Source: Acutalibacteraceae bacterium
GTDB taxonomy: Bacteria > Bacillota > Clostridia > Oscillospirales > Acutalibacteraceae
DNA: 57,844 nucleotides
Direction of reading: 5' to 3'
NCBI GenBank assembly: GCA_045655165.1
Contig: JAZOOT010000009.1
Coordinates: 1 to 57,844, forward strand
How positions within the stretch are numbered: position 1 is the stretch's first letter; every line of letters starts with the position of its first letter. The notes beneath the pieces are model-generated. The model ran no database searches. It was given only the letters and a program-made list of their open reading frames with translations, and had not been told where the DNA came from. The translations under genes were made by a program, and so were the position numbers. Shown here piece by piece: positions 25,753 to 36,422 of the stretch.

Positions 25753-27447
25753 TTAAATATTTTTAAAAATTTCTTTTGCAATTTTATTCATAACGGTTTT
25801 AGACACCTTTATAACTTTGCGGTCATAGGTGAATAAGCCGTTAATTTCATCTTCAACGTCACTGACTTGGGTGTAAACATCGGCGCATAAACCTTTTTTA
25901 ATTGCAGGAATAACCTGTGTAAAGTAAAGTTTTTCAATTTCTTGGTTTAGTTGTTCTTTGCTGTTTAGTGATTTATATCCGTAACTTTTTTGGGGGTTAA
26001 AAAGATGCCCATTTACAGCAAATGCGTAACCGCCGAATTCTGAAAGAAAAACAGGTTTGTTTGATTGTTTAAATTTATATTTTTTAAAATAAATGTGGTG
26101 GCTGTCAAAATCGTTTTTACTGCCTTTGAACCATCCTGAAGCTGAATCAATAAAGCGTGTGTTATCAAGCTCTTTTAAAAGGTCGTACATACTGCTGCTG
26201 TTAAACTGTCCCCAACCTTCGTTAAAAATTGTCCATTCGCAAATGGAGGGGTGCGGGTAAAGGCGTTCAACAGTTTCAGCCATTGTGTTTATAAAAATTT
26301 CACACTGAAGCGGATTTTTATGTGTGTGTTTGTCATTTTTCTTTTTTAGACCAACGGTTGGTAATACCGTATCACCAAAAAACGAGTATTTTCCGTTGTT
26401 TACCATATCTTGAAACACAACCATACCAAGGTGGTCACATTCATAATAAAACAATTGTGGCTCAATTTTAATGTGTTTGCGAAGCATATTAAAGCCAAGC
26501 GATTTAAGGCGAATTATTTCTTCGGTAAAACAATTAAGCGAAGCAGGGGTAAATATACCGTCGCTAAAATAACCTTGGTCTAATATTCCGTGAAAATAGT
26601 AAGGTTTTCCATTAAGCAAAAGCCGGCTAATGCCGTCGATTTCTTTTATTTCAAGTGTTCTGAATGCAAAATAAGATTCAACACAGTCGTGCTCGGTTTT
26701 TACAGTAAAGTAATACAAGTACGGGTTTTCAGGCGACCAATAATTTGGGTTTTCAAGAGTTATTTTGCAAACACCATTTTCCATAATATAATCGGTATTA
26801 TCAACCGTAACCGTTGCATTATTTACACCGATTGCAGTAATTGTTACGGTGTTTTCGGCAATTTTGGTATCAATATTTTTAATATATTCTTTGGGTACAC
26901 TTTCAATCCAAACAGTTTGCCAAATGCCCGAAACAGGGGTATACCACATACCGCCGCGTTTTTGTTTTTGTTTGCCGTAAGGGTATAAATTATCACTTAA
27001 ATCATCGTATGTTCTTACTATAAGCGTATTTTTCTCTTTTAAAAATTCGGTTATTTCAAACGAAAACGGTAAATATCCGCCTGTGTGGCTGCCAATAAAT
27101 TCGCCGTTTAAAAAAACTTCGGCAATATTATCAACCGCACCAAAATGTAAAATAACTTTTCCTTTTATAAAATCTTTTGGCAAAGAAAATTCGGTTTTAT
27201 AAAACAAATAAGTTTTGTCGGGTATAGGTATATTAACACCTGAAAGTAAACTTTCGGGGCAAAAGGGAACTGTAATGTTTTTTGAATATGAATTTACCAA
27301 TTCACTGTTTTTGCTTGTTTCAAATTCCCATTTTCCGTTTAAGCAAAAAAACGAATTTCTTTTAAGCAGTGGCCTTGGGTAAACATTCCAAGGTGTTTTG
27401 CTAACTTTTTTGCCTTGCGCGGTGTATAGTTTATTGTAAGTTGTCAT
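25753..27447 (-). CDS. glycoside hydrolase family 2 protein (beta-galactosidase/glucuronidase-like)
   Basis: 564 aa. Sugar-binding-like N-terminus (LNGKWEF), NMLRKHIK, EWTIFNEGWGQ (acid/base NE), SEFGGYA. Confidence 0.7.
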   Translation of the reverse strand: MTTYNKLYTAQGKKVSKTPWNVYPRPLLKRNSFFCLNGKWEFETSKNSELVNSYSKNITVPFCPESLLSGVNIPIPDKTYLFYKTEFSLPKDFIKGKVILHFGAVDNIAEVFLNGEFIGSHTGGYLPFSFEITEFLKEKNTLIVRTYDDLSDNLYPYGKQKQKRGGMWYTPVSGIWQTVWIESVPKEYIKNIDTKIAENTVTITAIGVNNATVTVDNTDYIMENGVCKITLENPNYWSPENPYLYYFTVKTEHDCVESYFAFRTLEIKEIDGISRLLLNGKPYYFHGILDQGYFSDGIFTPASLNCFTEEIIRLKSLGFNMLRKHIKIEPQLFYYECDHLGMVVFQDMVNNGKYSFFGDTVLPTVGLKKKNDKHTHKNPLQCEIFINTMAETVERLYPHPSICEWTIFNEGWGQFNSSSMYDLLKELDNTRFIDSASGWFKGSKNDFDSHHIYFKKYKFKQSNKPVFLSEFGGYAFAVNGHLFNPQKSYGYKSLNSKEQLNQEIEKLYFTQVIPAIKKGLCADVYTQVSDVEDEINGLFTYDRKVIKVSKTVMNKIAKEIFKNI

Positions 27448-27530
27448 TGTGTTTTTCCTTTACGGTATTTTTATTTATTATAAGACATTTTCAGAGTTTA
27501 TTCAATATGAATTTATATAACAAAATACTC

Positions 27531-27559
27531 TTGAATAAGGTGGCGCGTTGTGTTATACT
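27531..27559 (+). promoter_or_regulatory. sigma-A-like promoter of murI operon
   Basis: TTGAAT 27531-36, 17-nt spacer, TGT-TATACT with TATACT at 27554-59. Confidence 0.5.
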
Positions 27560-27581
27560 AACTTTGATTGGAGGTATGTTT

Positions 27582-28391
27582 ATGTCTGATAGTAGAGCAA
27601 TTGGCGTCTTTGATTCGGGCGTTGGCGGACTAACTGTTTTAAAAGAACTTATAAAAATACTTCCAAATGAAAATTTTATTTACTTTGGCGATACAAAACG
27701 CGTTCCTTACGGTACAAAACCAATTGAAACTTTAATGCGATATGCAAGGGAAGATGAAGCGTTTTTGCTATCTAAAAACGTTAAAATGGTTGTTGCCGCT
27801 TGTGCAACTGTTAGTTCGGTTGCCTATAGTACGGGCGAAGAATTGCCGGTGCCTTTTTTAGGGGTTGTTAAAGATTCTGTTTGTACTGCGGTTAATGCAA
27901 CTAAAAACGGTAAAATTGGTGTTATTGCAACACCACAAACCGTTTTAAGCGGTTCACACAAAAAAGGAATTTTAGAATTTAATAAAAATGCGGAAGTTTT
28001 TTCTGTACCCGCGCCCGATTTTGTTAAATTTGTCGAGGCAGGCAGAACCGATATTAACGATACAGAACTTTATAATACAGCAAAAGAATATTTACTTCCG
28101 CTTAAAGAAAAGGGAATAGACACCTTAATTTTGGGTTGCACTCATTTTCCTGTTTTAAGTGAAGTTATAACCGAAATTTTGGGTAATGAGGTTAAACTTG
28201 TAAATATGGGCGAATCAACCGCAGTTGCCGCCAAAAATATTTTAACTAGCAACAATTTGCTTAATAAGGAAAAGGGCGGAAATGTTGAATTTTACGTTAG
28301 CAACCTTACAAATTCTTTTTGTAATAGTGCTACCGTTTTGCTTGGCAAAACAATAAACAATATTTTTTTGGTGGATTTGGGCGAAATATAA
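27582..28391 (+). CDS. murI: glutamate racemase
   Basis: IGVFDSGVGGLTV, VVAACATVS, ILGCTHFP. ATG 27582 lies 7 nt after GGAGG. Confidence 0.9.
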   Translation: MSDSRAIGVFDSGVGGLTVLKELIKILPNENFIYFGDTKRVPYGTKPIETLMRYAREDEAFLLSKNVKMVVAACATVSSVAYSTGEELPVPFLGVVKDSVCTAVNATKNGKIGVIATPQTVLSGSHKKGILEFNKNAEVFSVPAPDFVKFVEAGRTDINDTELYNTAKEYLLPLKEKGIDTLILGCTHFPVLSEVITEILGNEVKLVNMGESTAVAAKNILTSNNLLNKEKGGNVEFYVSNLTNSFCNSATVLLGKTINNIFLVDLGEI

Positions 28392-28813
28392 TGCAAAATG
28401 TTTTAGTTTCAATAAAGGGATACCAAAAGCAAAACGACGATACCGACAGTATTGAAATGATTGCGGTTGGCAAGTATCAAAAAACCAATAACGGCGCGGT
28501 TGCCGTGTATAACGAAATAGAAGGAAACGGCGAAAACACACGTGTTTTGTTAAAATTTGAAGATGATAAGCGGCTTGTAATTGAGCGCACAGGTACGCTT
28601 AACAGCAAAATGGTTATTGAATGCGGTAAGCGTAATCAAAATTTTTATAAAAATGCACATTCAAATTTTTTAATGGGTATTTATGGCGAATCACTGTATT
28701 CGGAATTAAATAATAACGGCGGAGTTATAACGGCTGAATATCAGCTGGATATTGAAGGCGCTGTTATAAGTAAAAATAAAATTGAAATCACATTGAAAGA
28801 GGCAAAGCAATAA
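28391..28813 (+). CDS. DUF1934 (YwiB-like) beta-barrel protein
   Basis: 140 aa, immediately upstream of argS as with ywiB in Bacillus. Pattern of alternating beta-strand segments. TAATG-type overlaps on both sides. Confidence 0.55.
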   Translation: MQNVLVSIKGYQKQNDDTDSIEMIAVGKYQKTNNGAVAVYNEIEGNGENTRVLLKFEDDKRLVIERTGTLNSKMVIECGKRNQNFYKNAHSNFLMGIYGESLYSELNNNGGVITAEYQLDIEGAVISKNKIEITLKEAKQ

Positions 28814-30498
28814 TGTCAATGGTTGTTAATAAAGCAAAGGAACAAATAAAAGAATCAATTTATGATTCAATTAAAAAGGCAATAGAAAAAGGTGTTTTAA
28901 ATTCGGCTGAACTTACCGATTTTACAATTGAGGTGCCACCAAGCATTGAACACGGTGATTTTGCCGTTAATGCGGCAATGGTTTGGTCACGTGTTTTTAG
29001 AACTGCACCGCGAAATATAGCTACTGCAATTGTAGACAATCTTAATACCGAAAACACCTATATTGATAAGGTGGAAATTGCAGGCCCCGGATTTATTAAC
29101 TTTTACTTAAACGAAAAATATTTTGCCGATATTCTTTTAGATATAAACGAAAAGAAAGAAAACTACGGCAGAAGTAATTTTGGAGAAGGCAAAAAGGTTT
29201 TGGTTGAGTTTGTTTCGGCTAACCCAACAGGACCAATGCATATTGGTAACGCTCGCGGCGGTGCTTTGGGTGATTGCCTTGCAAGCGTACTTGATTATGC
29301 GGGCTTTTATACTGAACGCGAATTTTACATTAACGATGCGGGTAACCAAATCAACAAATTTGGTCTTTCGCTTGATTTAAGATATTTGCAACTCTTTAAC
29401 GATGGTATTGAAATGCCCGAAGATTCTTACCATGGTGCCGATATTATTGCGCACGCTAAGGCATTTGCCGAAATTCACGGCGACAGTTTTATATCTAAAA
29501 CCGAAGAAGAACGCCGTAAAGCGCTTGTTGAATTCGCATTACCTAAAAATATTGATGGCCTTAAAGCTGACCTTCAAAAATATAGAATTGAATACAATAC
29601 TTGGTTTAAAGAAAGTTCATTACACAAAAACGGCGAAGCATTAAAAGTAATTGAATTACTTAAAAACAGCGGTCACACCTTTGAAGAAGAGGGTGCGCTT
29701 TGGTTTAAAGGCGAAGATTTTGGCAGCGATAACTTTGTTTTGCTTCGTTCAAACGGTGTTCCAACCTATATTGTGCCTGATATTGCATATCATTACAATA
29801 AACTTGTAACACGCGGTTTCGATAAGGCAATTGACGTTTTAGGCGCCGACCACCACGGTTACGTTCCGCGTCTTAAAGGTGCGCTTACTGCTTTGGGTGT
29901 AGATGCTTCACGACTTGACGTTATTTTAATGCAAATGGTGCGCCTTGTTAAAGAGGGCGAAGTTATTAAGGCCTCAAAACGTTCGGGCAAGGCAATTACT
30001 TTGGTTACTTTGCTAGAAGAAGTGCATATTGATGCGGCGCGTTTCTTCTTTAATTTACGTGAACCGAATTCGCATTTTGATTTTGATTTAGACCTTGCTG
30101 TTGAAGAATCTAACAAAAACCCTGTATATTACGTTCAGTATGCACACGCGCGTATTTGCAGTATTTTAAGAAACTTAAAAGAAGACGGTATTGTTCAAAA
30201 AACTCTTTCAAATAAAGAATTATCACTGCTTAATTCAAACGAAGAAAAAGAACTTATTACTCATCTTTCTGTATTTACCGATGAAATTATTTCAAGTGCA
30301 AAGGCGTACGACCCTGCGAAGATTACCCACTATGTTCAAGAATTAGCAACTAAATTCCATAAGTTTTATAATTCCTGCAGGGTAAAGGGCGAAAATGAAG
30401 ATTTAATGCAGGCAAGAATGTTGCTTTGTTCTTGCACAGCAATTACCATTAAAAACGTGCTTAATATTCTTAAAATTGAAGCACCCGAAACTATGTAA
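28813..30498 (+). CDS. argS: arginine--tRNA ligase
   Basis: SANPTGPMHIGNARG (HIGH), class I core, C-terminal anticodon-binding DALR-like region. Confidence 0.95.
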   Translation: MSMVVNKAKEQIKESIYDSIKKAIEKGVLNSAELTDFTIEVPPSIEHGDFAVNAAMVWSRVFRTAPRNIATAIVDNLNTENTYIDKVEIAGPGFINFYLNEKYFADILLDINEKKENYGRSNFGEGKKVLVEFVSANPTGPMHIGNARGGALGDCLASVLDYAGFYTEREFYINDAGNQINKFGLSLDLRYLQLFNDGIEMPEDSYHGADIIAHAKAFAEIHGDSFISKTEEERRKALVEFALPKNIDGLKADLQKYRIEYNTWFKESSLHKNGEALKVIELLKNSGHTFEEEGALWFKGEDFGSDNFVLLRSNGVPTYIVPDIAYHYNKLVTRGFDKAIDVLGADHHGYVPRLKGALTALGVDASRLDVILMQMVRLVKEGEVIKASKRSGKAITLVTLLEEVHIDAARFFFNLREPNSHFDFDLDLAVEESNKNPVYYVQYAHARICSILRNLKEDGIVQKTLSNKELSLLNSNEEKELITHLSVFTDEIISSAKAYDPAKITHYVQELATKFHKFYNSCRVKGENEDLMQARMLLCSCTAITIKNVLNILKIEAPETM

Positions 30499-30505
30499 CA
30501 CAAAA

Positions 30506-30531
30506 ACACGGTATTTTATACCGTGTTTTTT
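30506..30531 (+). terminator. intrinsic terminator after argS
   Basis: ACACGGTAT / ATACCGTGT with TTT loop, then a T-run. Confidence 0.7.
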
Positions 30532-30549
30532 AAGAAAAGAGATAAAATT

Positions 30550-31215
30550 ATGAGAATGCGCAGAAAAAAGAACTTAAACGAAAAACTTAATGACTGTAAA
30601 AATTTATATTCACCTATAAGCGAAGATAGAAATTATGAAACCGCCGATACAGTTAAAGAATACTTTGATTTTGAAAGCATTTTTGGAAACGATAATGAAA
30701 TTATGCTTGAAATTGGTTGCGGAAAGGGTAGGTTTATTACCGAAATAGCAAAACAAAACCCTAACATTAACTTTATTGCGGTTGAAAAATGCGGAAACGT
30801 TATTGTTACTGCTTGTGAAGCGTGTAAAGATTTAAAAAACGTTGTGTTTTTACGTTGCGGTGCGGAGTATTTAAATAAATATATAAAGCCCGGACTTATT
30901 AGTCGAATTTATTTAAATTTTTCCTGTCCGTTTCCTAAAAACAAACACGCTTCTCACCGCTTAACCGCAAAACATTTTTTGGATATTTATAAAGTTTTGC
31001 TTAACGATGGCGGTGAAATTCATCAAAAAACCGATAATATGAAGTTTTTTGAATTTTCGCTTGAACAGTTGTCTTCTTGCGGTTATGCGCTTAAAAACGT
31101 TTCGCTTGATTTGCACAAAAGCGATTTTGAGGGAAATATTATGACTGAATACGAAGAACGCTTTGTGTCACAGGGTCTTCCAATTTACAGATTGGAGGCA
31201 TATTTAAACAAATAA
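30550..31215 (+). CDS. trmB: tRNA (guanine-N7)-methyltransferase
   Basis: LEIGCGKGRFI, RIYLNFSCPFPK, TDN. The track start 30523 lies inside the terminator, so ATG 30550 is preferred. Confidence 0.85.
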   Translation: MRMRRKKNLNEKLNDCKNLYSPISEDRNYETADTVKEYFDFESIFGNDNEIMLEIGCGKGRFITEIAKQNPNINFIAVEKCGNVIVTACEACKDLKNVVFLRCGAEYLNKYIKPGLISRIYLNFSCPFPKNKHASHRLTAKHFLDIYKVLLNDGGEIHQKTDNMKFFEFSLEQLSSCGYALKNVSLDLHKSDFEGNIMTEYEERFVSQGLPIYRLEAYLNK

Positions 31216-32876
31216 TGAAAATTCTTTTGGTTTCGGCTAATTCGCAATATATACACGCTTCACCCGCACCGTGGTGCTTAAAAGCGGGAATTGAAAAGTT
31301 TGCAAAAGAAAAATGTGAAGTTTTTGTTTTTGAATGTACAGTAAATGAAAAAACAAGCGACATTTTTGAAAAAATTATTGAACAAAACCCGCAAATAATT
31401 AGTTTTAGTTGTTATATTTGGAATATTGATTTTGTACTAAAACTTGCCAAAATGGTTAAAAACCAACTTGGTTGCACTATTGTTTTAGGAGGTCCCGAAG
31501 TAACTTTTAATTCTGAAAATATAATTAAAAAACCGTTTGTAGATTACGTTGTTTGCGGTGAGGGCGAAAAACCGCTTGCAGAACTATGCGATGCTGTAAT
31601 AAGCGGAAATGAAGTGCTAATTGACGGCGTTTGCAGTAAAAATAGAAGTGCAGTTCCGTATTTGCCTCAAAATAACGATTTTAATTATAATTTAGATGAA
31701 TATTGCCAAAATTTAAATGGCAGAATTGCTTATATTGAAACATCGCGCGGATGTCCTTATTCTTGCGCCTTTTGTTTGTCCTCTTCACTTGGTAAAACAA
31801 GGTTTACTGATTTAGAGCAAACCTTTAAAGACATTATTAAAATTTCAAACAGCAGTGCTAAAACAATTAAATTTGTTGACAGAACTTTTAACGCAAATAA
31901 ACAACGCGCTAAAAAAATATTTAGGTTTATAATTGAAAATTACGGTAGAAAAATTCCAAACGGCAAAACGTTTCACTTTGAAATAGCGGGCGATATTTTA
32001 GACGATGAAACTATTGAAATTCTAAAAACTGCACCTTGTAACCTTTTCCGTCTTGAAATTGGTCTTCAAAGTTTTAACGAAACGGCTCTTGAAAAAGTAA
32101 ATAGAAAAACTAATACCAATAAACTTATAAAGAATATAAAAAAGTTAACCGAACTGAATAATTTAATTATACATATAGATTTAATTGCAGGTTTGCCAAG
32201 CGAAGATTTTAACAGTTTTGCTAACAGCTTTAATACTGCTTTTTATTTAGGCGCCAATGAGTTGCAACTTGGTTTTTTAAAACTTTTATACGGCACGGTT
32301 TTGCGCGAAAAATATAATCAAAACGGTTATGTTTATTCAAAAACTGCACCTTACGAAGTAATTAAAACGCCGTATATTTCACAAAGTGAATTAAATTTAA
32401 TTAAGCATTGCGAAGATTCTAATGAACGGCTTGTTAACAGCGGAAGATTTGTAAATACTGTTAATTATTTATTTAAGGAGATTGGGCTTAATCCCTTTAG
32501 TTTTTTAACGAATTTTGGTATATTTGCTTTAAAAAAACATCAGCCAATTTATGAATATGTAAATTTAATTTACTTGTTTTTTAAAGACTTTTGCAACAAA
32601 GACAAGTTAAGAGATTGTTTGCTTATAGATTTGTTTACTTCATGCCAGTGCGAAAAAGTTCCATCGCTTTTATATAAAGAAGATAAAATTCTAAAAACGT
32701 TTAAAAACTTTTTAGAAAGCGAAGAATCCACCAAACGCAAACAAAATACAAAACGCAGAATTTTTGCTTTGTACCATGCAAAAAAGTTTGCTTATGTTGA
32801 TTATAATACTAAAAATTTAAACGGCAAATATGAAATACATTATGTTGATTTTTGCAAAATAAAAAAGACGCCATAG
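31215..32876 (+). CDS. B12-binding-domain radical SAM protein with DUF4080-like C-terminus
   Basis: N-terminal Rossmann-like B12-binding region. ETSRGCPYSCAFC (CxxxCxxC). TAATG overlap with trmB. Confidence 0.75.
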   Translation: MKILLVSANSQYIHASPAPWCLKAGIEKFAKEKCEVFVFECTVNEKTSDIFEKIIEQNPQIISFSCYIWNIDFVLKLAKMVKNQLGCTIVLGGPEVTFNSENIIKKPFVDYVVCGEGEKPLAELCDAVISGNEVLIDGVCSKNRSAVPYLPQNNDFNYNLDEYCQNLNGRIAYIETSRGCPYSCAFCLSSSLGKTRFTDLEQTFKDIIKISNSSAKTIKFVDRTFNANKQRAKKIFRFIIENYGRKIPNGKTFHFEIAGDILDDETIEILKTAPCNLFRLEIGLQSFNETALEKVNRKTNTNKLIKNIKKLTELNNLIIHIDLIAGLPSEDFNSFANSFNTAFYLGANELQLGFLKLLYGTVLREKYNQNGYVYSKTAPYEVIKTPYISQSELNLIKHCEDSNERLVNSGRFVNTVNYLFKEIGLNPFSFLTNFGIFALKKHQPIYEYVNLIYLFFKDFCNKDKLRDCLLIDLFTSCQCEKVPSLLYKEDKILKTFKNFLESEESTKRKQNTKRRIFALYHAKKFAYVDYNTKNLNGKYEIHYVDFCKIKKTP

Positions 32877-32885
32877 GCGTGTTTT

Positions 32886-33767
32886 TTATTTCTTTTTAAG
32901 ACAAGCAACAAAAAAACCTTCATAAATATCGGTAGGACATACACATAATGTACCGTTAATATCGGTTTTTAATAAAGGCAAACCTTTTAGCAACTCTTCG
33001 CTTGGAGGTACTACTTCAAAATCTTCGCTTTTTAAAAGATTTTTAACGGCTAATTCATTTTCTTGTTTAAGCACAGAACAAGTTGAATAAACCAAAATCC
33101 CACCTTTTTTAAGCAGTTTTGCAGCTTTGTTTAACAGTGCTTGTTGTGTCTTTACACATTTTTCAATTAAAGTTTTGCTGAATTTGTTGTTTTCATTTGC
33201 CAAATCAAGAGTTCCGCTTCCGCTACAGGGGGCATCAAGCAAAATTTTATCAAACGAAAACCAATCTTCAAGCTGCCTTGAATCTTTAACAATTATATTA
33301 ACGTTTTTCGTCCCTTGCTTTTCAAGGTTAAATTTTAACCTGTCGGCACGAATTGGGTGCCTTTCGCAAGCGGTAATATTTGCTTTACCGCCTGTGAGTG
33401 ATGCAATTTGTGTGGTTTTACCACCGGGTGCGGCAGCCATATCCAAAATATCTTCATTTGGCTGTGGGTCAAGAAGTAAAACCGGTAAACACGACGACGG
33501 GTTTTGCAAATAAATTTCGCCGTTTTTAAACTCTTTTGTTTGGGTTAATGTTGCTTCTTCGCCAATGTTATCACAAACAAAAACATCTTTAAAAGGGGAA
33601 AGCAGTGAAAAGTTTTTAAATGTGCATTTAATGTTTTCGGTTGTGGTCTTTAAAAAGTTTATTCTAAACGAAGTTCTTTTTTTAGCACAGCCGTCTATTA
33701 TTGCTTCAAAATTTTCAGGATAATTTTCTTTTAATACATCAATTAAAAATTGATTTCCGCTATCCAT
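32886..33767 (-). CDS. RsmB/RsmF (NOL1/NOP2/Sun) family RNA m5C methyltransferase
   Basis: DMAAAPGGKTT, ILLDAPCSGSGT, LVYSTCS. Confidence 0.75.
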   Translation of the reverse strand: MDSGNQFLIDVLKENYPENFEAIIDGCAKKRTSFRINFLKTTTENIKCTFKNFSLLSPFKDVFVCDNIGEEATLTQTKEFKNGEIYLQNPSSCLPVLLLDPQPNEDILDMAAAPGGKTTQIASLTGGKANITACERHPIRADRLKFNLEKQGTKNVNIIVKDSRQLEDWFSFDKILLDAPCSGSGTLDLANENNKFSKTLIEKCVKTQQALLNKAAKLLKKGGILVYSTCSVLKQENELAVKNLLKSEDFEVVPPSEELLKGLPLLKTDINGTLCVCPTDIYEGFFVACLKKK

Positions 33768-35143
33768 TATTTTATTTCGGGCAAACTTGCCGCAGCAACC
33801 GATTGTCCAACACGACGAGAGTTTTCATCGGGGATGTGTAAAGTGATTTTTTCATTAAGTTCAGGAAATTCTTTTTCCAAAACTTCTTTTGCGCGGGCTA
33901 AAATAATTTGTCCGCCTTCGCCCGAAGTTACACGGCCCATAATAAGAACGTGTTTAATATCGTAAAACTCGCTGTAAAATGCAATTGCATAACCAAAATA
34001 TGCACCGATAGTGTCGTAAATATCGGCAGCGTCGCTGTTGTTTTCTTTCATTAAGTTTTGAACAACTTTAAGTTTTTCGGCAGGGGAAAGTGCTTCATCT
34101 AATTTAATGTTGGCGTAAGGAGCAAGTTTAATTACACCGTCTTGCGAGAAGTATTTAACGCCGCAACCAATATCGCCCGACCATTCATCAACCATAGCGT
34201 TTTCATTATAGTCAACGGGAACAAAAGCGAGTTCGTTAAGCCAACCGGTAATGTTTCCTTGCGGGTCAACATAACCGCCTGCTTCGCTTGTGCCCATAGC
34301 AATACCTAAAACCGAATTGTCGTTTAAGTCCATAGCACCCGCCAAAGCAGTAACGTCACCATCGTTTGCAACTTCAATCGGAATATTTTCGCCAATTTCT
34401 TTTGCAACATCTAAATACATGTTTTTAACTTTTTTATCAAAAAGTTCATCACTAACCTTTAAGAAAAGGGAAGCAACCATTATTCTGTTATCAACATAAA
34501 CGCCGGCACTTGAAACACCAATAGCATCAACGCGGGGCATATGAGAAGCAGCAGTTTTCATTGCTTCTAAAATGCCTTGGTAGTGGTATTCGGGGTCGGG
34601 GTTGGTTTTCGGGAACCAAACAACTTCTTCAGAATATACACTTTCGCCGTTAACAACTGCGCTAACTTTTCTGTCGCTTCCGCCTGCATCAAAACCAATT
34701 CTGCAACCGTCTAAATGTCTGCCAACAGGAGCAGCGGCTTCGTAATCTTTCGGTGCATCTTCCAAAGCGCAAACTTCTACACTGAATTTTGTTTCGTAAA
34801 CGCGTTCCATAAATTTAACGTCAAAATCTCTTAAACCGCCGTAAGTATAGGCCTCTTTAATTTTGTTGCCAATAACTTCGCTACCGGCAATAACAATTTT
34901 GTAACCGCCAACAACCCAAAGTAAAGCTTTGGTCATTCTTTCAATAAATTTAAAGTTTTCTTGGTCGTGGCCTGTGCCGTCTTTGTAAACGCGGGTTTTA
35001 TATGTGGTTGTATAACCTTTGTTGCGAATAACGGCAATAACAATGTCTTGGCCATTTTCTTTTGTGTTTTTACGCATTTCACGGCAAACAACCGAAAGCG
35101 GCGCAAAGTCTTTATCAAGTTTAGCTTTTACTTTAAGATTCAT
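33767..35143 (-). CDS. ASKHA-fold (ROK/glucokinase-like) sugar kinase with N-terminal extension, putative GlcNAc kinase
   Basis: IGFDAGGS, IGVSSAGV, GIAMGTSEAGGYV. No ROK CxCGxxGC zinc motif seen. Overlaps the nagA stop and the methyltransferase start. Confidence 0.45.
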   Translation of the reverse strand: MNLKVKAKLDKDFAPLSVVCREMRKNTKENGQDIVIAVIRNKGYTTTYKTRVYKDGTGHDQENFKFIERMTKALLWVVGGYKIVIAGSEVIGNKIKEAYTYGGLRDFDVKFMERVYETKFSVEVCALEDAPKDYEAAAPVGRHLDGCRIGFDAGGSDRKVSAVVNGESVYSEEVVWFPKTNPDPEYHYQGILEAMKTAASHMPRVDAIGVSSAGVYVDNRIMVASLFLKVSDELFDKKVKNMYLDVAKEIGENIPIEVANDGDVTALAGAMDLNDNSVLGIAMGTSEAGGYVDPQGNITGWLNELAFVPVDYNENAMVDEWSGDIGCGVKYFSQDGVIKLAPYANIKLDEALSPAEKLKVVQNLMKENNSDAADIYDTIGAYFGYAIAFYSEFYDIKHVLIMGRVTSGEGGQIILARAKEVLEKEFPELNEKITLHIPDENSRRVGQSVAAASLPEIK

Positions 35144-36275
35144 ATTTAATTTCTCCTTTTTTAATTGTTTTTAAAACGTTAAATTCATTATCGGTAATAA
35201 TAATATCCGCGTCCTTGCCAACTTCAAGCGAACCTTTTTTATCAGCAATACCTAAGGTTGTTGCAGGGTTAAGTGACGCACAGTTTACACATTCATTAAG
35301 CGGAATGTTTGAGTTTGTATATACGTTCCATACACCTTTGTTAAGGTGAAGTACACTTCCTGCAACCGTGCCGTCTTCAAGTCGGCAAACAATACCGCGG
35401 TAAATAATTTTTGCACCGCCAAGGGTGTATTCGCCCTCTGGCAAACCGCCTGCAGGCAAACAGTCGGTAATAAAACAAAGTTTTCTGCCTTTTAATTTCC
35501 AAAGAATATCATAAAGTGCTTTGTCAACGTGGAAAGTATCGGCAATAAGTTCACAACTTACGTCGCTGTTTAACGAAGCAGTAACAACACCTGGTGCACG
35601 GTGGGCAAGGGGAGTCATAGCGTTAAATAAATGTGTGGAATGTCTAACACCCGCTTTTACACCGTTCATAGCAGTATCGTAATCGGCCGATGTGTGTCCC
35701 ATTGAAACAACAACGTTGGTTTTTTTGCAAATTTCTTTAATTGCCGAAAAATCTTCGGTGTCGGTTTCGGGGGCTAAAGTTATAATGCCAATAATATCAG
35801 AATATTCCTTAACAAATTCGGCATCGGGTTTAAGAATGTATTTAGCATCTTGTGCACCTTTTTTGGCTTCGCTAATAAAGGGGCCTTCGGCATGGCAACC
35901 CAAAATTTCAGCGCCTGCCCAAGTTTTGCTTTCTTCTTTTAAATTACGGCAAACGTTAAGAGCAGATTTAATTACTTCCATATCAACTGTCATTGTTGTG
36001 GGAAGATAGCCGGTAACACCGTTTGCAATTAAACCTTTTGAAATAGTTTTAATGCTTTCTTCCTTTGCATCACAAACGTCTTTACCCAAATAGCCGTGTA
36101 TATGTAAATCAATAAGACCGGGTGCAACGTAACCACCGCAGGCGTCAATTATTTCTGCGCCGTTTGGTATTTCGTTTGTATTTACAATTGAAACAATTTT
36201 TTCATCATAAATCAAAGCACTGTCGGTTAATATTTCATTAGGCAAAATAATGTGGCCATTAATAATAGCTTTCAT
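35133..36275 (-). CDS. nagA: N-acetylglucosamine-6-phosphate deacetylase
   Basis: GLIDLHIHG, GYLPTT, MGHTSADY, THLFNAM, ITDC. Confidence 0.9.
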   Translation of the reverse strand: MKAIINGHIILPNEILTDSALIYDEKIVSIVNTNEIPNGAEIIDACGGYVAPGLIDLHIHGYLGKDVCDAKEESIKTISKGLIANGVTGYLPTTMTVDMEVIKSALNVCRNLKEESKTWAGAEILGCHAEGPFISEAKKGAQDAKYILKPDAEFVKEYSDIIGIITLAPETDTEDFSAIKEICKKTNVVVSMGHTSADYDTAMNGVKAGVRHSTHLFNAMTPLAHRAPGVVTASLNSDVSCELIADTFHVDKALYDILWKLKGRKLCFITDCLPAGGLPEGEYTLGGAKIIYRGIVCRLEDGTVAGSVLHLNKGVWNVYTNSNIPLNECVNCASLNPATTLGIADKKGSLEVGKDADIIITDNEFNVLKTIKKGEIKYES

Positions 36276-36380
36276 AAAATCACTCCTTTATATTTATAAT
36301 AACAAATAGGTATTTATTTTTCAACTTGTAATTTAGGCACGAATACTGTGAAATTAGACAAATTATAACATTTTTTGGTG

Positions 36381-36409
36381 TTGACAAAAGAAAATGGTTA
36401 TGATATAAT
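36381..36409 (+). promoter_or_regulatory. strong sigma-A-like promoter of the tRNA-Ser pair
   Basis: TTGACA 36381-86, 17-nt spacer, TGA-TATAAT with TATAAT at 36404-09. Confidence 0.6.
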
Positions 36410-36422
36410 GATTCGGTCGCAT

